Part shown: positions 56,038-64,000 of the stretch, in pieces
How positions within the stretch are numbered: the stretch's first letter is position 1
Layout of the letters: each line of letters starts with the position of its first letter
DNA from: Gemmatimonadales bacterium
GTDB taxonomy: Bacteria > Gemmatimonadota > Gemmatimonadetes > Gemmatimonadales > GWC2-71-9
DNA: 64,000 nt
Reading direction: 5' to 3'
Assembly: GCA_036505175.1 (NCBI GenBank)
Contig: DASXTV010000011.1
Location: 64,046 to 128,045 of the forward strand
Notes under the pieces: model-generated
What the model was told of the DNA's origin: nothing
Databases searched by the model: none
Seen by the model: the letters and a program-made list of their open reading frames with translations, nothing else
Program-made: the position numbers and the translations under genes

Positions 56038-57104
56038 TGCGGGAGCTCCGCTGGAGCACACTGACACTGGCCGCGGGACTCTCGAGCTGTGCGTCCTACA
56101 ACGCCATGTGGAACGCCGAGCGTCATGCCAAGGATGCCAGACAGCTCGAGCGGAACGGCCAGACGTCTGAAGCGCGCGCCCAATGGGCGCAGGTGGCCGC
56201 GACAGCCAAGGCTGGGCGGACCGACCACGCCTTGGTCCTGCAGGCGGAAGGGCTCGCCTATTCAGACGCCTGTCGGGAGGCTGGCGAGCTGATGGCGCGC
56301 GCGCGCGCGAGTGTGCAGGATGCGACACTGCGCGAACGGATCGATCTGGCCGATGCAGAATGCGCGCTCCTGGCGGGTGACCTTGAGCGCATCGACGCGA
56401 CGCTGTCGGCGCCGCTCGCTTCCCGGAACGCGGACCGCCGTTCGCGTGCCGAATACATTGCCGGCCAGTCAGCCGCTCGGCGCGCGGACTACGAGGCGGC
56501 CAGCCTGCACTTCGATCGCTCGCGCGAGCCCGACGCGGCCGGCCGGGCTCTGGTGGCGCAGCAGCAAATCTTGATCGCGCGAGCCACGCAGCGCAGCGAC
56601 CTGAGGCCTATCGTTCGCGAGCTCACCCGGTTACGTGCCACCGTGAGCGCAAACGAAGGGGCGAGCCGCGTGCTCGACCTCCTCACCGTCGTGGTGGCGA
56701 ATGCCCCCGCCCCCCGCCCCCCCCCCGAGACGCCGGCCACGCGATTCCGGGTTGCCGAAATCGCACGTGATTCGTTGCACGCACCGCTGCTCGCCGGTCG
56801 GCTCTTTCTCGACGCGGCGGCGGCCGACTCGGCCTCGCTCTACGCGCCCAAGGCGCTGATCGCCGCCCTCGCCGTCCTGCCCGAGCGTCGCGATTCGATC
56901 GTCGCCCTCCTCGACTCACGGTACGCCGCGTCCCCCTATACGCGCGTGTTTCACGGCGAGCAGAGCATCGCCTACGCTGCGGCCGAGGATTCTCTGGCGC
57001 GTGAGATGGGGGTGCAGGTTGCCGGTAGCCGCGCCGCCGTCGCCGGAGTTCTCTTCGATGCCCCAGTACCAGGCCCTCGCGGCCCGCGGCTGGACCGTCC
57101 GTGA
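56034..57104 (+). CDS. hypothetical lipoprotein
   Basis: MMRELRWSTLTLAAGLSSC lipobox. Helical, Ala/Arg-rich. Contains the C5-G-C6-G-C10 tract at 56704-56726. Confidence 0.55.
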   Translation: MMRELRWSTLTLAAGLSSCASYNAMWNAERHAKDARQLERNGQTSEARAQWAQVAATAKAGRTDHALVLQAEGLAYSDACREAGELMARARASVQDATLRERIDLADAECALLAGDLERIDATLSAPLASRNADRRSRAEYIAGQSAARRADYEAASLHFDRSREPDAAGRALVAQQQILIARATQRSDLRPIVRELTRLRATVSANEGASRVLDLLTVVVANAPAPRPPPETPATRFRVAEIARDSLHAPLLAGRLFLDAAAADSASLYAPKALIAALAVLPERRDSIVALLDSRYAASPYTRVFHGEQSIAYAAAEDSLAREMGVQVAGSRAAVAGVLFDAPVPGPRGPRLDRP

Positions 57105-57940
57105 GCGCGGTGGAACTGTTCGGCACCACATTCCAAAACCCGATTCTGCTTGCTGCTGGTACCGCCGGTTTCGGCCGGGAGGTCGATCGCGTCATCGATC
57201 TCGATCTCCTCGGTGGCATCGTCACGAAGGCGGTGACACCGGAGCCTCGGCAGGGGCATCCCGCGCTGCGCGTCGCCGAGTTTCGGGGCGGGATGCTGAA
57301 TGCCGTGGGACTGGCCAATCCCGGGGTCGAGCGCGTCGCCACGCACGAGCTGCCGTGGCTCGGAAAACGGCTGCAGCGGGCCCGGATCATTGTGAACGTG
57401 GCGGGCGCGACCATCCGAGACTACGTGCACGTGCTCGAACGACTCACGCCGCTCGCAGGCGTCACGGCGTTCGAGATCAATGCGTCCTGTCCCAACACGG
57501 ATGCCGGCGGGCTGGAGTTTGGCGCGGAGCCCCGCAGCCTGGCGGAGCTGGTGCGTGCCTGCCGAAGTGCGTCGACGCGGCCGCTCGCGGTTAAATTGTC
57601 GCCGGTGCTCCCCGACATTCCGGCAATGGCGCGCATCGCCCGCGACGAAGGCGCGGAGGCCGTGAGCCTCGTGAACACCATGCCGGGCTTGCTCGACAAG
57701 CGGCTCGGCAACGGCAGCGGCGGGTTGAGCGGTCCGGCACTGCTGCCGATCGGTGTGCTCGCCACCAGGCGCGTGCGCGCGAGCGTCGGCATGCCGGTCA
57801 TCGGCGTCGGCGGGGTGCGCAACGTCGCCGACGCGCGCGAGTATCTCGCGGCGGGCGCAGCGCTCGTGGCCATCGGGACTGCGGCGCTCGCCGATCCGCG
57901 TGTGCCGGTGCGCATCGCCCGAGAGCTGAGCCGTGGCTGA
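57101..57940 (+). CDS. pyrD: dihydroorotate dehydrogenase, class 1 catalytic subunit
   Basis: NPILLAAGTAGFG, NAVGLANPG, EINASCPN, GGLSGPAL, GVGGV motifs. Confidence 0.85.
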   Translation: MSAVELFGTTFQNPILLAAGTAGFGREVDRVIDLDLLGGIVTKAVTPEPRQGHPALRVAEFRGGMLNAVGLANPGVERVATHELPWLGKRLQRARIIVNVAGATIRDYVHVLERLTPLAGVTAFEINASCPNTDAGGLEFGAEPRSLAELVRACRSASTRPLAVKLSPVLPDIPAMARIARDEGAEAVSLVNTMPGLLDKRLGNGSGGLSGPALLPIGVLATRRVRASVGMPVIGVGGVRNVADAREYLAAGAALVAIGTAALADPRVPVRIARELSRG

Positions 57941-58613
57941 GCTGATCGTCGCGTTCGATGTGACCAGCGGGCGCGAGGCGCTCGCGATGGCCGGGCGCCT
58001 CCCGGGTCTGCGCTGGGCAAAGATCGGCCCAGTGCTGTATGGCCGCGAAGGTCCGTCGCTGATTAAGGAGTTCACCGAGCGCGGCATCCGCGTGTTTCTC
58101 GACCTCAAGTGGCATGACATTCCCAACATCGTGGCGAGTGCCGTGAGTGCGGCGCGTGAGCTCGGTGTGTCGATGACGACGGTCCACTGCCTCGGCGGGC
58201 GCGCGATGCTGACGGCCGCGGCCGCAGCGGCTGGCCAGGATCTGGCACTCGTCGGCGTGACGGTCCTGACCTCGCATGATGCCGCCGAGCTCGAGAGCAT
58301 ACTCGGGCGGGGCGTTCCCGATGTCGGCTTCGAGGCCGAGCGCCTCGCGCGCGGGGCGCTGCAGGCAGGATTGCGCGGTGTTGTCGCGTCCGGCCAGGAG
58401 CTTGGATTGCTGCGCCAGGCGCTGGGCCCTGATCCCTGGATCGTGGTGCCGGGCGTTCGCGCGCCCGGGGAAGCGGCCGGCGATCAGGTCCGCACCGTCG
58501 AACCGGCGGAAGCCGTGGGCCGCGGCGCGACCCATCTGGTGGTCGGGCGTCCCATCACAGGCGCGCGCGATCCCGTCGCGGCCTATCACCGCCTGGTCGA
58601 AGCGCTCGATTAA
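57933..58613 (+). CDS. pyrF: orotidine 5'-phosphate decarboxylase
   Basis: LIVAFDV, FLDLKWHDIPN, VHCLGG, VVGRPI motifs. Confidence 0.9.
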   Translation: MAELIVAFDVTSGREALAMAGRLPGLRWAKIGPVLYGREGPSLIKEFTERGIRVFLDLKWHDIPNIVASAVSAARELGVSMTTVHCLGGRAMLTAAAAAAGQDLALVGVTVLTSHDAAELESILGRGVPDVGFEAERLARGALQAGLRGVVASGQELGLLRQALGPDPWIVVPGVRAPGEAAGDQVRTVEPAEAVGRGATHLVVGRPITGARDPVAAYHRLVEALD

Positions 58614-58630
58614 GGGTATTAGGCACTCCT

Positions 58631-59047
58631 ATGCGAACAGCCTGGCTGTCCCTTGCCGCGCTCGCGCTGCTGCCGATGCCGGCGCGGGGTCAAGCCACGC
58701 TGTCCGACGCCGCGGAGCGGGCCAAGCAGGCCTGGTCCGCGCACGACCCCCAGGCACTCGTCGGCCAGAGCTCCAATATCGTGTTGCAGATCCCCGGTGC
58801 CGATCCTTCGTCCCCCCTGGGACGGCCGCAGGCGATCGAGTTGTTACGGCGCTACTTTCGGCCCACCGAGGAGCGCGGCCTGGACGTCACGGCGATCCGG
58901 GAGGTGGAGCCGGGCAAAGGGTTCGTCGAGTTAACCCGCCGCTACGTCGTCGTGGGAACGGCCGAAGTACGTCGCGAAACACTGTTTCTTGGCTACCGGC
59001 TCGTGGGTCACGAATGGCGTCTCGTGGAACTGCGAAGTGCGCCCTAA
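58631..59047 (+). CDS. hypothetical secreted protein
   Basis: Signal peptide [21 protein letters not shown]; 138 aa; no family assigned with confidence. Confidence 0.55.
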   Translation: MRTAWLSLAALALLPMPARGQATLSDAAERAKQAWSAHDPQALVGQSSNIVLQIPGADPSSPLGRPQAIELLRRYFRPTEERGLDVTAIREVEPGKGFVELTRRYVVVGTAEVRRETLFLGYRLVGHEWRLVELRSAP

Positions 59048-59129
59048 TCCCGCCCCTTGCGTGAAGTTACGACCCCGTCTATTGTTCAAGACTCAGCCAG
59101 AAAATTTTCACAATTTAGGGAGCTGCCTG

Positions 59130-59246
59130 TTGAAGGTACGTTCGAGTGTGCGCCCCATCTGCGAGCACTGCAAAGTCGTGACGCGCCGGGGCGTGATTCG
59201 CGTGATCTGCAAACGCAACCCCAAGCATAAACAGCGGCAGGGTTAG
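59130..59246 (+). CDS. rpmJ: 50S ribosomal protein L36
   Basis: TTG 59130 after AGGGAG gives (M)[37 protein letters not shown]. Confidence 0.9.
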   Translation: MKVRSSVRPICEHCKVVTRRGVIRVICKRNPKHKQRQG

Positions 59247-59254
59247 GGAGAGGC

Positions 59255-59638
59255 ATGGCTCGTATTGCAGGCGTGGATCTGCCGCGCGATAAAAAAATCC
59301 AGTACGCACTTCCGTACATCTTTGGCATCGGTCCCAGCAACTCGGTCAAGATTCTCGCGGAGACGGGCATCAGCCCCGACGCCCGCGTGCGCGACCTGCG
59401 CGACGCCGAAGTCGCCCGGTTGCGTCAGGTGATCGAACGGGACTACAAGGTGGAAGGCGCGCTCCGGACGGAGGTCGCGATGAACATCAAGCGCTTGATG
59501 GACATCGGGACGTACCGGGGTGGTCGCCATCGCAAGAATCTGCCGGTGCGCGGCCAGCGCACGCACACCAATGCGCGCACCAAGAAGGGACCGCGGCGCG
59601 CGATCGCGGGCAAGAAGAAGCCCGTCCTGAAAAAGTAA
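59255..59638 (+). CDS. rpsM: 30S ribosomal protein S13
   Basis: [26 protein letters not shown]... Confidence 0.95.
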   Translation: MARIAGVDLPRDKKIQYALPYIFGIGPSNSVKILAETGISPDARVRDLRDAEVARLRQVIERDYKVEGALRTEVAMNIKRLMDIGTYRGGRHRKNLPVRGQRTHTNARTKKGPRRAIAGKKKPVLKK

Positions 59639-59644
59639 AGGACC

Positions 59645-60097
59645 ATGGCCGAAGCGACACCGACACCGACGCCGGCACCGACGCCGGCACCGACACCGGC
59701 AGCAAAACCAGCACGGGCAGGTGGCGCGCCCAAGCGCGCCAAAAAGATCGTGGAAGCGGAAGGCGTTGCGCACATCACCGCGACGTTCAACAACACGCTC
59801 ATCACGATCACCGATCTGCAGGGCAACGCGATCACCTGGGGCTCATCCGGCAAGGCCGGCTTCAAGGGCTCCAAGAAGTCCACGCCGTTCGCCGCGACCG
59901 TCGCGGCCGAGCAGGCGGCGCGTGAAGCGTTGAACCTCGGCGTGAAGCGCGTGCACGTGCGCGTGCAGGGGCCTGGCTCCGGCCGCGAGTCCGCCATTCA
60001 GGCGCTCGCCAGTGCCGGGCTGCAGATCCGTTCGATCCGCGACGTGACGCCGATTCCGCACAACGGGTGCCGGCCGCCCAAGAAACGGCGGGTGTAA
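59645..60097 (+). CDS. rpsK: 30S ribosomal protein S11 with Thr/Pro/Ala-rich N-terminal extension
   Basis: [18 protein letters not shown]...GSRKSTPFAA-type core; N-terminal [22 protein letters not shown]. Confidence 0.95.
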   Translation: MAEATPTPTPAPTPAPTPAAKPARAGGAPKRAKKIVEAEGVAHITATFNNTLITITDLQGNAITWGSSGKAGFKGSKKSTPFAATVAAEQAAREALNLGVKRVHVRVQGPGSGRESAIQALASAGLQIRSIRDVTPIPHNGCRPPKKRRV

Positions 60098-60100
60098 CGG

Positions 60101-60736
60101 ATGGCACGCTACACGGGTCCCGTCTGCAAGCTGTGCCGGCGCGAAGGCACCAAGCTGTTTCTGAAGGGCACGCGCTGCCTGACGGAGAAGTGCGCCGTCG
60201 AGCGGCGCGCCTACGCCCCCGGCCAGCACGGCCAGTCGACCGGGCGGCGCCGCAAAGCGTCGGAGTATGCCAAGCAGCTGCGCGAGAAACAGAAGGTGAA
60301 ACGAATTTACGGCCTCTCCGAGCGCCAGTTCCGCAACATCTTCGAGCGCGTGCTGAAGGAGCCGGGCGTCACGGGCGAGGCGCTGCTCGTGGCGTTGGAG
60401 AGCCGGCTGGACAATCTGGTCTACCGGATGGGCTTCGCGAGCTCGCGGGCGCAGGCGCGCCAGCTCGTGCGGCACCGCCATATCCTGGTCAATGGCCGCG
60501 TGCTGGACATTCCGTCCTATCGCGTGCGCCTGGGCGAGGAAGTGCGAGTCGCTGATGCGAGCCGTGAGCTCGTGTTGGTGAAGGTCGCGCTCGAGCAGTT
60601 CGGGCGCGGACAACCGGTTTCGTGGATTCAGGTGGACACTGACAAAGTGCTGGGCAGGATGACGGAGCGGCCGACCCGCGACGCCATTCCGATTGCGGCA
60701 CAAGAACAGTTAATCGTCGAGCTCTATTCCAAGTGA
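60101..60736 (+). CDS. rpsD: 30S ribosomal protein S4
   Basis: MARYTGPVCKLCRREGTKLFLKG...LESRLDNLVYRMGF. Confidence 0.95.
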   Translation: MARYTGPVCKLCRREGTKLFLKGTRCLTEKCAVERRAYAPGQHGQSTGRRRKASEYAKQLREKQKVKRIYGLSERQFRNIFERVLKEPGVTGEALLVALESRLDNLVYRMGFASSRAQARQLVRHRHILVNGRVLDIPSYRVRLGEEVRVADASRELVLVKVALEQFGRGQPVSWIQVDTDKVLGRMTERPTRDAIPIAAQEQLIVELYSK

Positions 60737-61794
60737 TTACCACTCTTGATTTGACGGGGTTGGTCCGCCCGCACCTGGTCGAGATGACCAAGCGCGAGGA
60801 CAACCCGAATTCCGCCGAGTTCCGCCTCCAGCCGTTGGAGCGGGGCTACGGGTACACGCTGGGCAATTCGCTGCGCCGGCTGCTGCTCTCGTCGCTGCGC
60901 GGTGCCGCGGTCTGGGCGTTCCGCATCGACGGCGTGGTGCACGAGCATCAGACCATCTCGGGCGTCGTCGAGGACGTGCATCAGATCATTCAGCGCCTGA
61001 AGCAGCTGACGCTGGTGCTCGCGCCGGAAGTCGACGAGGCGGTCCTGCGCTTCAAGGTCGAGAAGGCGGGCCCCGTGTACGCGCGCGATCTCGAGCAGCA
61101 CGGCTCCGTCTCGATCGTGAATCCGGAGCAGCTGCTGTTTACGGTGCAGGACGACCGTGACATCTCAGGGGAGCTGTATGTGAACAAGGGACGCGGCTAC
61201 GTCGAGGCGGAGCAGCATCCCGTCGACCGCACCCTCGCGGTGGACGTCGTGCGGGTGGACTCGATCTACAATCCGGTGCGCCGGGCGAACTTCACCGTGG
61301 CGGAGACGCGCGTCGGCCAGCGCACCGACTACGACCGGCTCACGCTCACCGTCGAGACCAACGGCACGATCTCGCCCGAGGACGCCGTCGCGTATGCCGC
61401 GGCGCTCGCGCAGGAGCACTTCCGGTTCTTCGTTGACTTCGGCAAGGTGCCGGTCGTCCAGGGCGAGCCCGCAGGGAATGGCGGAACCGAAGGTGGCCGG
61501 CTGCGCGACGTGCTGAGTCGCGCGATCGATGACGCCGGGCTGTCGGTGCGGTCCGTCAACTCGCTCAAGAACTCGAACATCCGCACGCTGGGCGATCTCG
61601 TCCGCTACAAGGAAGATGATCTGCTCAAGGTCAAGAACGTGGGTGAGAAGGCGCTCGGCGAAATCGCCGAATTGCTGCGTCGCGAGGGCTTGAACTTCGG
61701 GATGCAGCTCGAGGAGACGCCAGGCGGCGAGATCCGCATCATCGACCCCGGTGTCGCCCCGCAGGCGCAGCTCACGGGGGCGGAGGAGGAGTAA
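60733..61794 (+). CDS. rpoA: DNA-directed RNA polymerase subunit alpha
   Basis: PLERGYGYTLGNSLRRLLLSSL N-terminal domain; C-terminal LSVRSVNSLKNSNIRTLGDL domain. Confidence 0.95.
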   Translation: MITTLDLTGLVRPHLVEMTKREDNPNSAEFRLQPLERGYGYTLGNSLRRLLLSSLRGAAVWAFRIDGVVHEHQTISGVVEDVHQIIQRLKQLTLVLAPEVDEAVLRFKVEKAGPVYARDLEQHGSVSIVNPEQLLFTVQDDRDISGELYVNKGRGYVEAEQHPVDRTLAVDVVRVDSIYNPVRRANFTVAETRVGQRTDYDRLTLTVETNGTISPEDAVAYAAALAQEHFRFFVDFGKVPVVQGEPAGNGGTEGGRLRDVLSRAIDDAGLSVRSVNSLKNSNIRTLGDLVRYKEDDLLKVKNVGEKALGEIAELLRREGLNFGMQLEETPGGEIRIIDPGVAPQAQLTGAEEE

Positions 61795-62150
61795 TGCGCC
61801 ACCGCGCCAAGGGCCGCCAGCTTTCGCGCACGTCGAGCCACAAGAAGGCGACGCTGAACAACATGGCGACGAGCCTGTTCAGGCACGGCGGCATCCAGAC
61901 CACCGAGGCGAAGGCGAAGGAGCTGCGTCCGTTTGCGGAGCGGCTGATCACGCTCGCGCGCCGCGGTGACCTGCATGCGCGCCGGCTGGTCGAGCGCCGC
62001 CTCAAGGACAAAGCCGTCACGACCAAGCTGTTCGCCGAGATCGGCAAGCGGTTTGCCGCGCGGCCTGGCGGCTACACCCGTATCGTAAAACTGGGGCATC
62101 GCGTCGGCGACGGAGCCGACGTGGCGCGGATCGAACTATTGAGTGAATAA
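61794..62150 (+). CDS. rplQ: 50S ribosomal protein L17
   Basis: MRHRAKGRQLSRTSSHKKATLNNMATSL... Confidence 0.95.
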   Translation: MRHRAKGRQLSRTSSHKKATLNNMATSLFRHGGIQTTEAKAKELRPFAERLITLARRGDLHARRLVERRLKDKAVTTKLFAEIGKRFAARPGGYTRIVKLGHRVGDGADVARIELLSE

Positions 62151-62180
62151 GCGTGAGACGGGTGGGACGCGCCTAACCAA

Positions 62181-62205
62181 GGGGACCCCAGCGGGTCCCC
62201 TTTTT
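62181..62205 (+). terminator. rho-independent terminator after rplQ (shared with convergent rpmB)
   Basis: GGGGACCC-CAGC-GGGTCCCC followed by TTTTT. Overlaps the rpmB stop codon. Confidence 0.8.
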
Positions 62206-62395
62206 ACGAAGCCTTGGCGACTCGATTCGATTTGATGCACTGCGCGCACACCCGAATGCGGCGGACGACGCCGTTCACCACGACCCGAACCCGCTGTAGG
62301 TTGGGGTACCAGCGGCGGGGGGTCTTGTTGTTCGCGTGGCTGACATTATGCCCCGTGATGGGACCCTTGCCACAAATCTCACACACTCGAGCCAT
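62204..62395 (-). CDS. rpmB: 50S ribosomal protein L28
   Basis: ATG 62395 gives [34 protein letters not shown]. The track start TTG 62413 adds 6 unlikely residues. Confidence 0.9.
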   Translation of the reverse strand: MARVCEICGKGPITGHNVSHANNKTPRRWYPNLQRVRVVVNGVVRRIRVCAQCIKSNRVAKAS

Positions 62396-62397
62396 AG

Positions 62398-64000
<1,603 letters not shown>

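Overview
High-GC bacterial chromosomal segment, roughly two-thirds G+C by eye. It is very gene-dense: I call about 75 CDS and one tRNA-Leu(CAG). I saw no rRNA, CRISPR, transposase, integrase or phage genes. Many long ORFs in the six-frame track are GC-driven antisense or read-through shadows, so several real genes start at internal start codons (given per feature).

Gene order:
- Sugar ABC permeases convergent with a Tat-exported GH36-like alpha-galactosidase.
- A sensor kinase / OmpR-type regulator / sensor kinase trio.
- A TonB-TonB-ExbB-ExbD-ExbD-TonB cluster.
- An APC permease.
- A probable cell-wall amino-sugar salvage cluster: BadF-type kinase, two Na+/solute symporters, a beta-lactamase-fold hydrolase, GH3 NagZ-like, DUF1343 NamZ-like.
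- A 1248-aa secreted S1 protease carrying 7 tandem CARDB-like modules, followed by a small lipoprotein that is a paralog of the protease's own N-terminal pro-region.
- Prolyl oligopeptidase.
- CDP-alcohol phosphatidyltransferase plus inositol-3-phosphate synthase.
- Membrane pyrophosphatase.
- Cupredoxin-CopA-CopZ copper module.
- A 2-oxoacid dehydrogenase E1a/E1b/E2 operon running on into small hypotheticals, a PHP phosphoesterase, a peroxiredoxin, two SDRs, TrxB and others.
- AspA, Rrf2 and MoeB-rhodanese.
- tRNA-Leu, SmpB, amidase, PyrD/PyrF.
- The L36-S13-S11-S4-RpoA-L17 block, L28, and Gmd plus a partial epimerase.

Most interesting observations:
1. A Bcp-type peroxiredoxin is interrupted by a single in-frame TGA exactly at the peroxidatic-Cys position. 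This makes it a candidate selenoprotein, or otherwise a pseudogene.
2. The PHP gene's conserved HxH N-terminus lies upstream of any canonical start codon.
3. The protease is paired with a free-standing pro-domain paralog.
4. Two divergent gene pairs have physically overlapping start codons, one through a perfect palindrome ATGCGCGCGCAT.
5. There are several short repeat and palindrome elements: a 22-nt element present twice, a structured E1b/E2 intercistronic element, a heptamer-built long palindrome, octamer repeats and a C10 tract inside coding regions.

All functional calls come from motif recognition by eye. No database search was run.
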